Shown one piece after another: positions 11,624-25,700 of a stretch of 64,000 nucleotides of DNA. Within the stretch, counting starts at the first letter, position 1; each line of letters opens with the position of its first letter. Below the pieces are notes generated by a model. It made no database searches, was not told the DNA's origin, and saw only the letters and a list, made by a program, of their open reading frames with translations. Source of the stretch: Trichoplax adhaerens (lineage: Eukaryota; Animalia; Placozoa). The stretch spans positions 6,485,102 to 6,549,101 of the forward strand of contig NW_002060944.1 in assembly GCF_000150275.1 (NCBI RefSeq). Direction: 5' to 3'. The translations under genes were made by a program, and so were the position numbers.

Positions 11624-14600
11624 GTAAGTAAAATTGCCGGCGATAGCACAGTATAGAAAGCTGTTGTCGATTCAAAATGACTCGATTGAATATTAAAATT
11701 AAGGCGTAAATGACTACTGTCGTGACAATATAGTGGATAGATCAATATCATTTAGTAATTTATACTTTAACTATAAGCAGTGACTTTAAAACTTCATAAA
11801 CACCATTGCAATAGTCTATCATTTTGCTATTTTGAATCAATTGATCATGACCAAACGTAAATATCAATTCAATGATGACAATTTATTTTAATACTAGTGT
11901 AGGGAAAAATAATCGATCGCTTTTCTAAACTAATCATAATATAAAGATACAGGATATGCAAATGAAAGGCTGATGATGCTTGAAATCGACCGATAATGTA
12001 TTATGATAGGAATCCAATTAGTCGATTGACGTTCGATTGAAAATGGAATGCGACTGTAATCAATCTATTCTTGGACAACGATTAATCATAATACGATAGG
12101 ATAACTTGACACACTTTTGCATACTCGAAAAGTACAACGTAATGGCAGCCAATGAATTCATACTTTAACTATCTTATAGACATGACGCTTAGAATAAGTA
12201 TGTGTATAATCTTCTCTTGTTCTAATCAGGTGCAATCATCACATACCAGTACTATCTTACAAACGCTATGTGTAAGAATACATGGATATGATCATCTCTT
12301 GTTATGGAATGCAATGACAACCAAGTAATGGATAAATTGCTACCTTATAGATACTGCACGTATGTGTAGAATAATATTTAAATGTCCAAGTTGATTTGGT
12401 GGACGTCATTTTCCTACAATGAAAGACAGTTCAATATCAATATGCAAGAATTTGATCCATATTCGCTTTCATCGCTACAGTATCCCTCATACAGGAAAAC
12501 AACTTAGATAGAATAAAATTCAATCAAGTTAACCGCCCATTCGCTAGTACATTGATTTTTATAATATTGAAAACAGTCAATACCCATTGTGAGCCAACCG
12601 AAACTATGCGTAGACATTATAAATTGAGAGATCATTTTAAAAACCCCATCACAGCGTTATTAGAGATAGAGAGAGAGAAAATAAATACAATTTTAGAACC
12701 AAATGGATCAAGTTCTTGCTATGTCTACTACGATAATATAGGCTGATTTCTCAATGATATTCTCCTACGATCACTCTATTACTATTTAACATAAATATGA
12801 TTTTAATTTTCAATAGATAGTGAATGCTTTGTATTATAGTTGACAAATTCCTATTACCGATAGTGATTAATGCTATATTAATCATGTTGATCATCAATCT
12901 ACTGTAACTTGAAGAAAAGAAAATTTACACTGTTTATGTAAAATCATTAGTAAGATGGATATGACAAATCGATACAGAAAATGTTGAGTAGGGCTTAGTT
13001 TAAACTACTCATCCATAATTCAGTTTGACTTAATCCGATAAATTGTCTAGCATTTTAATCTTTAGCTAAGCATTGATTAAAGTATTCATTACAAGTAAAT
13101 AACGATTACTTAAGCAGACTGTTCACTATTTAATGTCTTTGAAGATGGCCAACATCAAGTGCAAACTCGTGAATGGAGTAAAAATCCTTAAAATTTTGAG
13201 ACCGCTACAATAAATTTTCTTGATCTTCAATTACATCTACGTACGGTAATTTCATCGTTATTTACTCGTCATGAACTTTTCAATGGTATTGATTAAGCTT
13301 TACACCCTAACTTCGAACATACCCGAAGAATAAATTAAAGTCTCTTCCCTTTTTCTCTCGGTAGTGTAATCAATTTTGACAACTCTAAAGTACTCATGGA
13401 TTGAAGTTTATATCCTAACATTTTTTCAGCTGTGATGTTATCCGCTAGGGAACTAATTTATAATTATTCTATTAGTAGACAATAAATTAAAATAGACTAG
13501 AATACGTTCTAGTATACGGCATTAAATCATAGTATATGAATGATAATTTTAGCGGAAAATTTTCCCTAATAAGTTGTAACAACTCTTTAAGCATTGAATC
13601 AAGTATAAGCCAATTAATCATTTTCGATTAAGAGGGTATACCTTTATTTATTTCAATATCGTGGTAATAGAATGTTGAAAGTCAACCGTGTGACTATAGG
13701 TTGCAGCAGTTTATTATTTTGATCTATTATTTTTCCTGAGTAAAATTAGATTACATTACACAACATAGGTTGTCTAAATAGACTTACTAATTCTTCCATT
13801 AAATCGTATCCATTTGATTACCAACTGTTTATACCGTTAAACATTTGTAATTCTTTACTTTGTAATGAATGCTATTTCCTCCTGTTACCTTATTCCTAAA
13901 TACGAAAATGAGGAATATTACAAGTCCTATTAGTTGAAGCATCATTGTGTGTAGATTAAATGATAGACATTCTAAAATACAAGATTAAGAATTGTATTAG
14001 CTATTAGTGGTCCCTAATTAATCAATTTCAACCTAAGTTATCAAATCATATTATTACCTTCAAGGAATAATCTGCTTAGCTGACCATTTTATAGATCCTT
14101 CAAACAATTGGATTCTCCGTTGTCTGAAATAATAACTGCTTCATACACCTTTGTATGATCTAATTCCAAGTTTTAGCATAGTAGAAAGTCGTTAGTATGA
14201 ACGATCGCGGTTTGATAGCGTACAAATTTTGAGATTTAATTGTGAGACCCTATAGTAGTTGAAAATAGCAATGGCGAATATAGTTTATGAAGTAAAAGTG
14301 CCGATACCAGGAACTATTAAATACTCTAATTTTAGATCATTTGCTTTCGTAAATTATTGCGATTCCACAGCTTTTAAGAAAAATATATGATCAATTATTT
14401 TCAGCAATACTTGCTTGTTCTGAGATAGGATAGGATCTCATTCTTTGCGTATAAATTTAAGTGTAGAATTCTTATTCTTATAGGCTGCTATTTACTAGAA
14501 ATATTCGATCTACTAGATACATGCTTATTATGAAATAACATTAAGATGATTGTGATATCATAAGTAAATCTTTAATTTTTAATTAAATTGTTTGCTGTTT

Positions 14601-15122
14601 ATAATGACAACAGGTTCCAAATTTAAGTATTTGTGTGTTAAATGTGATTCATGTCAATGTTAATAATATCAAATGACATCTATATACAGATCTTTTGTTT
14701 GTCATAAAATAATATACGAAATCTAGGTCTAATTTTATTCCTCCTAGATTATGTATACAGAACGTTTGAAACAAGCTAATTCTTAAAAATTTTATGCACA
14801 TAGGAATAGAATCAGATCCATCGATCGTAGGATTTGACAAACTCGATTGCCATAAACATTGTTATTCAAAGTTAATAACCTGTTACTTGTAGCGCAGTTA
14901 ATTTCATCATCATTTTATGCTTTATTCAACCGTTTTTAACTGATGCTATTTGAAGGTATGTACCACTAAAGCAAAACTATTAACTTATAGAAAGTGCTTA
15001 TTTACTAACAGTAAATTATTTAAAATATCATGTACGGCTATTATTCAATATTGAGTGAGACAATTAATCCTCATTTCTCCCGTTTTTCTCTTCATTCAGT
15101 AAAGTAATGTCAAACATTCGCT

Positions 15123-15954
15123 ATGTCTAGCAATCCAAAAGCAGATGAGAACAACAAAAAAATTGAACGTTCACCTTATCATGAACGCCAGAGACAAGGT
15201 CTATGTGCGTTACATACGCTAAATTGTACTTTTCAAGATGGTGCATTTACCAAAAAAGATCTCGATAATATTTGTTTCGAATTATCTGGCAAAAAATGGT
15301 TCAATCCACATAAAAATTATAGCGGGTTCTATGATGTCAACGTTATTATTTCAGCCTTACGAAAAAAGTCCTATTCCTTGATTTGGTTCGACAGAAGAAA
15401 GTATGATATATGCATATACTAGTGATAATATAAAAGAATGCTTATAATATTAAAATACGGTAATTAGTTGAAAGTTGATTGTGTTATTTTGAATAAGTTA
15501 TCATACTATATTGCACAGTTACCAAATATAGCAAAAATTGGGCAATACCATAATTTCTATTTAGTTATTGATATTAGTTATATTATATCAATGCTACCTA
15601 AAAAGCCGATATATTCCCTAACAACCTATTTTTGGATGTATTACAACTAGGAAAATATCAAGCATAAATTTTAGCAACGTCTTCTCATTTGTTGTCAATA
15701 TTTCAACTAATTTCAAACTATGTTGGTTGGTATTAAAATCTTATTGGAGCCATTGGTTTAGTATCCGTCAAATTGGTGATAATTACTACAATCTGGATTC
15801 GAAATTAACTCGTCCACAGCAAGTACAAAATATTACAGATTTCTTGCAACCATATTCCATTAACCCAAATTGTCATATATTTCTTGTGGTTTCTGAGGAT
15901 GTAGAAAAGGAGAAATCGTGGCTAATTGATGATGAATCGACTACCTCAGATTAA
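15123..15954 (+). CDS. JOSD1: Josephin-domain deubiquitinase, JOSD1/JOSD2 type (193 aa, 2 coding exons)
   Basis: Exons 15123-15400 and 15651-15954. YHERQRQGLCALHTLN (catalytic Cys), NPHK..GFYDVNVI, SHWFSIRQ (His), YYNLDSKL (Asp). No UIM/polyQ tail, so not ataxin-3. Likely co-ortholog of JOSD1/2. Confidence 0.92.
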
Positions 15955-16513
15955 TTTATCACTTACTATACAGATATGGCAAATAATAAGGATGAGAGAT
16001 TACTTACCTTGTAATGATTCAATGATATTAATCGTGAACTGATACAAATAATTTTATAAGCTGTAATAATTCAAGGGATACATGTACCTAATATTGCTGC
16101 AATTATGTATTATACAGAAAACTTATATATGATAGGATGTTCTACAGCGTATAGTAACTGCTTTGACTTCTAAGTTTATCAAACGCTGAAAGTCAATAAT
16201 GCTGTAAGTAGTAATTTTGGGGGTAAATGTTTACCTTAACTTGAATCATAGATTAGATCAACTGACGAACAATTAATTTATAGCTTGCTTACTTATTGTA
16301 TACTTATGGCGTGCTATATGATATATTTTAGTATTTACCATTATGGAACTAAATTTACCGTATCGTTACTTCTATGCTACATTTTTTCACTCGACAACTT
16401 ATTCTGGAATTTAAGGTTTTAATAATATCTATTATAAGTATGTACAGTAATTCTAATTTCGATAAATAACAGAGACGGAGCGCAGTAATACGTGAAAAGT
16501 ATTACATACTACG

Positions 16514-16578
16514 ATGTACTGCACAGCAGACGTCAGCGCTGCTCAACAGATTTTGCAGATCTCTGCTGTACAGTATAT
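16514..16578. repeat. Short inverted repeat with tactg(c/t)acagcaga arms
   Basis: 16517-16530 tactgcacagcaga vs 16562-16575 tctgctgtacagta (13/14 match), extendable by a few more pairs. Confidence 0.65.
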
Positions 16579-17764
16579 TTATACCTTAATACTATTTACT
16601 GTGCTTTCTACTTTATAACTAGTAAAATTTCTTAATTAGATTCCAATTGTACAATTCATGCATTTTACTAAAGGGATAATATCCGAAGATGATCGTGGCC
16701 AAGTAAGACGTTATTTTATTGTAAACTAAACTTTATGAAAGTTAACTAATCGTAGAATAGCAACTTAATCCATTCGATTTCTTAAAGTATTCAATAAATC
16801 ATATCATGAGTGTGATATGTTAACGGACGACTAGATATATATATCTACTTAGTTCCTTCATTATAATATAATTAGAGGGATGTTTATTGAAACTAGAATC
16901 TCTGATAATTAGTAAACATCAATAGTTTAAAGCCAATAATACCAGCATCGCTTAACTGGGGCTTACTTTTATTTAAAAGTATCAGTTATCTGTGCCCCAC
17001 TGTTATAAGATAGAAATTGATCACCAGACTGGACCAATAGTTGCTTTGAGATACGTTGATGGAATTCAGATCATTTTATCAGTAGCATACGAACAGTAGT
17101 AAGATAGCCAAGGTTACTACAACGTGTTATCTTTAAGCTACATTAAGAATATTAGACACAGTAACCGGCAGTATAAGCGGCAGTAACGATAGCAGCAATT
17201 CATGTAGCATAGCAAATAGTATTCGTCATCGACTAATTTTTAAATAGGGCGGGATGATCTAGTTTAAGGAGAAAATTTTATTCATGAAATATCACAACTC
17301 CAAATACAATATCAATCGCCCTGACAAAATTAATGACTTAAATTCTATGAATACCTACATATACGAGTTTGATCTCTAGAAGACATTTGCCTAACTTTAG
17401 ACTATACATTCGTATGCAATAATATGGCATGATGGCATTGAAAGTATCATTAGTACAGTAAGATCACACTTCGTATAAGCTCTGCTGTATCATCATTTTG
17501 CTAACTTGCATGTATACGAGAAGCCGGTTCTAAAAATTTTCAGATTTAAAATTTCTTAGTATAATACAGCAGCCTCAGTATTGCAGAGTTCTCCTAATTC
17601 ATAAAGTTTAAAATTAGATAGGAGTTAAACTGGCACGTCAGTGGACTGGTAGTTTGTACGATATTGTGCAGCAATGATGCTTGAACTCGTTACAGCATTA
17701 TAACTTGGGTTTAGCTTAGAACATGTAGTACAGTAGGTAAAATAAAATAATTGTATTAAGATGA

Positions 17765-18777
17765 TTAATCCTTTTTGTTATGATCCTCTTCGTTATGTTC
17801 CTGTGCACTTTCCATCTTTACTTTTTGGATTTCAGCAAGAAACCTAAACGAAAAAGGGAATTGTAAATCAAATAATTTGTTAGTTATCACTTATATTAGA
17901 CTAGCATGGATCTATGGTAAGATTATTCCGTATAATCATGCAATCCCTGTTAATACATGGCTTATACAGTGGATGTATATAGGAACTGGCTTCGTTGATA
18001 ACTTGGCTAAAGTACTGAGGAGTAAGGATAATAATGATGAAAATAAATGGGCTTCACTTTCAAGCACCTGAAAGGTTTCTCAGTCTTTACATAGTAACTG
18101 TGATGAAGACTTTAAATCCGACTACTGCTTACAGTTTAAGGTAGAATACTCTGGAATGTAAGTTACATCGTTCAGTACATCTTGCAAGTAAACTTAGTTT
18201 AAGTTGATTACTAAGGGTGAGCTATCACTATTTCTAAATACTGTACCAGTAGTCATTAGTGCTTGGCTATGATGATTTTTAATATGCTGATCGATAGATA
18301 TACTGCAAACAGTATAAGATATCTTATTAATACGTCTAAATACGATTAATTACAATTAGTGGGCAATCAATACATTCGCAAGATTATGAAATATGAGTCA
18401 TCATATGGTATCAACATAACTCTACATTATTTTGACATGATGACCCATTTGGTAGCGTTATTATTACTCTATAATGCAGAGTAGCAATCGCAGACTTACC
18501 AATTTATTGAAATAATTAAGATAAAGGTTAGCGATCCTAGGATGATAAGGTGAATATTTAACTCCCATAACACCGCTAAAGTTATAAATAAAATTAACAG
18601 GATTACGAAGACGACGTTAATAAAAATGACTACTTGAGAATTAACACCAGGTTGGAAAATATTATCAACAATTGGGCCAAAGAAACCCGAATTATCGCTA
18701 CTAAGAGCTGCATCAGTATCATTATTACTTTTCGCCATATTATCATGGCTATTATCAACATTAGTATCGGTAGACAT
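17765..18777 (-). CDS. PKR1: Pkr1-family ER membrane protein (V-ATPase assembly factor), 118 aa, 2 exons
   Basis: Exons 18500-18777 and 17765-17843 (TG|G Trp split by a gtaagt...ag intron). FFGPIVDNIFQPGVNSQVVIFINVVF-TM1-NIHLIILG-TM2-INWFLAEIQKVK parallels yeast Pkr1 as I recall it (FF...ESVFEPG...NIHF...VIWFINEL), followed by a charged tail. Confidence 0.85.
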
Positions 18778-18846
18778 TATTAGTTGTGCTAGATATTTGT
18801 TGCTGCCCACTCGCAAGTTCTCAACTTTAATGTCGTTAATCCAGTC

Positions 18847-19023
18847 TACGGTATTACTGTACGCATGCACTATTATAATACTGTATTGTCCTGTGCTGTA
18901 CCGTCTACTGTATGGAAGTACTGTTGAGTACCGTACCGTACCGTACTACATAGAAGACTAGTGCCAGCTGCATTAAGCCTGTAGCTAACAGACTACAGAA
19001 CAATATCGCACTACAGTACAGTA
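18847..19023. promoter_or_regulatory. TACWGTA/TACCGTA motif cluster upstream of PKR1
   Basis: TACGGTA 18847, TACTGTA 18855, chain TACCGTACCGTACCGTA 18929-18945, TACAGTACAGTA 19012-19023; 70-250 bp upstream of the ATG. Confidence 0.6.
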
Positions 19024-19732
19024 TAAATCCTAAAACTTTACATCAGACATCGCCAAATTTATCCTTACTCATTTCTACAATATTAATAATAGTATAGTAT
19101 CGGTGTCCTTGTTTACTAAGTATAACTAGTTAACGCCATCCATACGTGTATTATAAGAATATATTGCATTTATTAAATTTCTACTTTGATCGACTTTAAT
19201 CATACATTCGTATCCAGACTTCATATCAGAAATTCATACAGCGCTATGCATAAATGCATAAGTGTATATACATATTTAAAAAAGCTTTGATAATACGAGC
19301 GTACTTATACAGTACAGCTGTACGTTTGGATTATTCACATTCATTAAGTTTGCGAATAACCTAAGTATCCTATACACGTACAGTAAATTACATAAAATAT
19401 ATATAGAGAAGTTGATCAAAATTTAAACTGCCGGTATCGATTAGGGATAAAATTAATCACCTATCAATGAAATTAAATAAAAAAGATACTACAGTATTCG
19501 ATAAAATTAAAGGTGTATATATAGTAAAATAGTACTGCATGACTTATGCTCACTAATTAATTTTCAAAATGCCATCGGTCAATTGAAGTATTAAACATAA
19601 AAATGAAAACTTTATCGACGAAGTTATATACATTAGATATGATAATAATTACATTTCATTCACTACCTTTAAGTTTATCTTAGGGAAATAAAATCTTAAA
19701 TCTTGTTATTACAATCGTCATCTTTGTTCATG

Positions 19733-22700
19733 CTATACTGTCACAGACCAAATGAGTACGTCTATGTATCCAACAGTGATAAGATAGTTCCCGGAGGGTG
19801 AGAATTTGACCGTTTTAATACAGTCACTGTGGCCTACGAAATCTTGAAAACTACCCTCATAGAAATCCATTATTTGTACCAGCCGTTCTAAGTAGTACAA
19901 GTGATACATTTTAGATTAAATAACTATAATATTAATAATGTGATCACGATACATATGCAATGCTAAGTATTAAAGCAATAATCAGCTTCAGATAAATACA
20001 AAAATTATCTTTGTTGCAGTTGGCTACACATGTTAAAATAGTACCTTTGCAACCCATAGCAATTAATTGTCCCTTTGGAGACACATCTAAGCTAGTCATC
20101 CAGTGCGTTAGTGGACATTGTCTAATAATCTAGAAACATGAATTTAGAAATGGATTAGGTAAAGAACTATAATGCTGTTATTTGAAAGATTGCTGCGTAA
20201 GAAACAAAATTAGTTAATACCTTTTGTTGAGATAAACTATAGAAAATTATTTCTTTTTGTATTCCGTAACCGGTATAAATTACAATATCTGAATCTGTTT
20301 TTGAAAAAGCAGCTAGGCTAGGAGGAAAGTCCTCATTGTTTGGCTATAATTTTTAAATGTAGGTATGGGAGAAATAAAAAGAAATCTGTTAGTCACGCTA
20401 TAAAACATGTAGAATCAAGAGTTGTAGTATTACAGCTGTTAAGTTGAATCGATAAGTTGTATAATATTCTAATATTAGTCTTCTACCAGTCCTCCTTTAA
20501 TCAAAGTTTCTTCTGGTGCAAAATCAGGTGCAGCAAAAGTTAACCAATCGACAAGCTCACAAAAATCTTTAGACCAGTCAGCGCTCCAAATACTAATCCT
20601 TCTATCCGCACTAACACCTAGCCAGAGAAGTGGCGACGATAAATTCCATTTCTCGTCCTTTATTTAAATTAAATTATATGGACAATACTGAAATTAGGGA
20701 CGGTAAGCAAAGTTGAACCAATAAGAATATTGTAACAGCTTGTAAATAGGCAAAACGCATATTGCAGGGAAAAATAAAACAGTTGTAGATACTTCATCAA
20801 GCACATAATCAGTTACCCAAGAAACGGCCACATCAAATCCTAATATCGAAGCGCCCTTATGATCGTTGAGAACTCGTAAAGTTAAACCAGTACTTGGACT
20901 ATTTATCGCAATTAATCCATCCGCGCTTCCGGACAATATTACCCGACCTATATTAATTGCATTAAAATATGTTTTTACCAGTATCGAATTTAAGTTATGA
21001 ATTTTGGCAAAGGCATTTAACAACACTAACAAATATTACTAAATAACATTTTACTACCGTCAGCTGCATATGTTATTGCCGTGACCGAGTTTGCGTGAGG
21101 TTGCATCTTCATGACCATGTGTATTTTTTCTATATCAAAAAGTCTAACGGTACCATCGCTATATCCAGCAACGCAGTGTGTTGGGTATGTAATACTATCC
21201 GCTCCGACATTTTTCAGTACCACAGTTGACTTAGGGTTAGTGTGAGAGCTTGTATATGAGATCGTGTCTTGTATTTTTGGGGCAGGACTAAATGCCATAC
21301 AGTTACAAGACTTCGTAGGAAAGATACGTTAAAAACGAGATTAATCACTACCATTACTTTGATTATTTCTCATTTATAAATCTTTATGATAACAATAGTG
21401 CGTAATCACATTATATTTAGTCTTTAAAACAGGTCATGTTTGCAATGTACCTCTCCCATGACTTGAAATTGCAACGTTTGTTCAACTTTATCAGTCGTCC
21501 AGATTCTCAGACTACCATCAGCACCACATGTACCAAAGTACTTATCATCAGGACCACTAAATACTACATCGTTGACCTGAAATGCAAAGAATAACTTAGC
21601 TGTGTATAAGAGTTCATACAATATTGGTTAAGCCAATTAATTTAATTAGGTATTAGCAGATTTTAGTGTCTATTTGAACCTGATTAGTTTGTCCACTGAC
21701 TAAGCGAATACTAGCTCTTTCAGGCCAGTTAATGTACCACAGTGTTCCAGCGGTTGTTCCAACAATTCCCTATACTCGTATAAACACATACAAATAATTA
21801 TCGAAGGATACTGTATACTGATAGCTTATGTATTTGGTATTCCATATTTAACATATACATATATATTGTGTCCGCTTTATCTATTGTAATATTCCTTACC
21901 GTATCAATTGATTCATCGAATGAAGCCGCGATTATAGCTCCATCTAAAGGCATTTCGTCTTCCATCGTTAATCCTTCACTTCTTATACTAATTTTTTTAA
22001 AGAAATTAATATCTTGGTAATTGAAATTCAGTTGCTACCTTGCGCGTACGCAATGTGCATAGTACACTTTAGTTACTGTAAAAGTACATTTGCAAAGGAG
22101 ATGGTACCACTGCAATAGCTACTATCAATATTTCAAAAAGTAACTATATAATGGTATAAATAAAATGGGCACGTTACAAATTTTATCAAAAATTAACTGT
22201 AAAAATGATATAAAACAATGCCTGCATAACAAAATTATGTTAAGTAGTTGCCCAATTAACTAGTTAATCATTCAATTGTTTATTACAAACCTGACTGAGC
22301 CGCCTGGCAATCTCATTTCCCCAATTCCTACTATAGACCAGAGGCGCAGATTGTTGGTACAACTACCAGTTACCATTCGACTTCCGCGACAGACAATTAC
22401 ACCTGTGCATTAAGTTTTCCAATTCATTAGGTGTCGTCAATTCATCCAGAATTAAATATATCTTAATAAAAATGATACGTACCTATTTCCTTTTTATCCG
22501 CTTCCCAGTGAGCAAAGCATGAATTATTTCTGGTATCCCATGCGGTTATAATGCCTGCATTATTTTAGAAACATTAAATCATGACTTTGGCTACATAATA
22601 CACATTACACATTTTATCTCACCAGAATTAGTGGCCGCATAAAGGATACTATCCCCAGCATATCCAACAGACGTGAAATCGACACAATTGTTAGACTTCT

Positions 22701-25700
22701 AATTGACAGTTAAAAGAAATAATCCAATACTATCACTCACGTAAAAATGATTAAGTTTAAGGCAAGAGTATTTTGTACGTATTGAACGAAGATTAAAATT
22801 ACATTAAGCCGCGGCTTTAACAATTCTTCAGGGACTTCAGCTTCGTGCATCTAAGTAATTTAAGCAATCTTGGTATAAAAGCTGATACCGTATCTTTATA
22901 CGTGTAATATAGTAGCGATCGCATTGCAATACATTGCAAATATTTATAGTATGCTCTTACGTTCAAGCTAATGGTATAGTTAGTCTCATCTAGTAGCCAA
23001 AATTTTATTTTGCCATTAGCTCCAACAGAAGAAAATTCGTTGACAGTGTAGGGATCCCAACATAGATCATGTATTGGCTCAGTTAATTGCGTAGCTGCAA
23101 GCACTGAATGATCATTCGTACTCCATACAACAATTGCACAGTCTAGATAATTTCCTAATAAGAAATAAATTGCATTGGATTAAGAAATGAGTATATTTAA
23201 AAAGTACTAAAAGAAATTTCTGGTATTAATGCTCTGCATACTGATAACATACCTACAGATATTAAAAACCGATCGTCTCGTGAAAATGCAAGACAACATA
23301 TATCGCCTTTATGGTGTTTCAATATCTGTTTAAAAAATCACCGAATACGGAGTATATATGATATATATTATATAAAAAGTTAATTTTTAAATACTCTGCA
23401 AATAGCAAAGGCATAATGTATTAAAATCAGTACCTTTTCACATATTCCTGATTTGGTATTCCATAAACAAATATGACCGTTATCTTTAGATTCTAAAGCA
23501 GCTGAAGCCAGAACCTAAATTTATATCAAATAGAGATTCGATCAAGGACTTAAAAGTAGGGTAAATACTGCAGTATCATAACAATTAAAAGAATAAATCT
23601 TTGTAAATAATGATAGGATACTGTATGCTGTATATTACTACAGTATGTAATACAGCAATAACACACCTGGCAGTCGTTTTGCAATGCCAGTGTTGATACT
23701 TCTTCTATGTGTCCTACAAATAGTAGTTTAATGTTATGCAATTAAGATATGTATCATCAATACTACCGTACCATAATACTACAACATTCATAATCTTAAG
23801 CTTTACGAGAAAAATTATCAAAAAAATATACCATTTGCAATTTCAATTACCTTTAAGATGCGTTTGTTTCCCAGTTTGTAAATCCTCAATTACAATGATA
23901 CATCCGTTCGTATAAGCGAAGAATCCTAAGAATTATTAACAGAGAATTAATCAATCAATTAATACACTTGATTACACTATACAAAAAGGCTTTGCTACCA
24001 GTATCCGGATGCCACACCATATTCCCACGTCCACAGCCATTGTAACCGACTGTACTATGAAGTTTGAGACCTGCTTGATTCGGAGGAGCAGCATAGCGTC
24101 GCTAATAATAAATATGAGAATTAGATACAGCTGAAGCGAATATCGGAAATTGAAATTCTTAGTACCGTAGCTAAAGTTGATTGTCTGTTTCGTCTTGTAT
24201 AATGCTTCATAACCGCAGGTGTTGGATGTGAAGTAGGCAGTAATAATGCTTTATTGGTGAATGGCTTCGTTGATTCAGAATCCGATATACTTGGCTCTTC
24301 GCTAGCTTCGAATATCCTTTCATTATTACCTTCCTGTAGCACATTGAGGAAAGAAATTATAGCAATTATTGAGTAAAGTACCTATGTATAATACGAAAAT
24401 AGTAGGTTATACCTTAGTTCCTGCCGATGTAAGATTCACGTTTGTTTCTTGCTGCAATGATACCACACCTAATTCTTCATCCTGATAATTTTCACTTGCT
24501 GAAACAGAATTGGATTCATCTTCTCGCTCGCTTTGATCACTTGTAGCTTCAATCTCGTCCGCATCTTCGTTACTTAACTGTAATTTCCTACGAGTACTTG
24601 GACTTTGGGTAATTGGTATTGGTTGAGGGATCGTAGATCGAGGTTTGTACTCTTTATATTCATTCATAGTTACATCTTGGCTAGGCTGATCAATGGCGAT
24701 TGATCGATCTAATGATAGGTGTTAAAGGATTAGTCTATCGTAATGAAGCCTCGCATTTTGCAAATTATGATAATGTTGACAATATTTTGAAACCTTAACA
24801 CAGGTTTCTAGTTATTGAATATGAATCATAATAAATTAACCTGGAATAGATGAGATAAATGACCTTGCATTTTCGGATTTACTGGAAGAGAAAATAGTTT
24901 AATAAGCCTACTAATACATGGAATTAAATAAACCTTGCTACATACAACACAAACTAAATTTACCTAGATGTATACCCCATAAAATTCCATATGAATATTC
25001 CATCTCCAACACTAATAAGTCCATCCATATCAGGAGTGAACATAACTTGGTTGATGCGTGATGAATGTCCAATAAAGAGCTACAATAAAGTTTCATATCT
25101 ACTTATCACCTTATCATTAAGATTTTGCAAGAAAATCATGAATTGTATCAAAGAAAGCGGCTGCTATCAAATTTTACTTTATAGCTGCCTAATCCTAACC
25201 TGATAATTCTGATCAAGTCTCATATGATAGTCCCAAATTTTAATTACTTTATCACCAGCGGTTGCAAGATATCTGCTATCTAAGCTGACATCTAAACTAG
25301 TACACTCTTCGCGATGTATATTTCTAACCTGTTAGGCAAGCATTGCAAGAGTAAATGGCGGAACGTGATTAAATTAAACCTAACTCGATGATAAGTTTTC
25401 TCACATGTTCATTACATACCTCGCTAAGTAATTGTCCATTATTTGCACTAAATCGCAATAGCTTACAAGATGAAGTAATCACAAGGAGTTCATTGGTTTT
25501 TGCTGGCGCAAAATGCACTTTAACTGCCCTGTCAGTTGTTGTAGATCCGGCAGCAGCTGTTACAGCATTACCGATATCGATTTTTAGTACCTAAAAACAG
25601 TGAAAAAATTAATACCCAAATCAATAAGTAATCTGTTCACTCACTAAAATGTAGTAATATGCTGCAATGTTAAAAATTGAGCATGTATTCATAAGATCAC

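Noticed and set aside
11624-15099. Hidden protein-coding gene in the 3.5-kb gap before Josephin
   Set aside because: Exon-like segments tested (e.g. 14058-14123 and 14150-14250 on the minus strand) have stops in all frames; more likely a leader intron or intergenic DNA.
18380-18410. C-box (ATGATGA) in the PKR1 intron, and another at about 45955 in SNX8, as C/D snoRNAs
   Set aside because: No D-box (CTGA) at a suitable distance on the same strand and no terminal stem.
24872-24889. ggatttactggaaga match between WDR90 and the 8.5-kb tandem repeat
   Set aside because: A short match explained by a WDR90 splice acceptor (cttccag|TAAATCC, exon 24841-24881); no extended homology.
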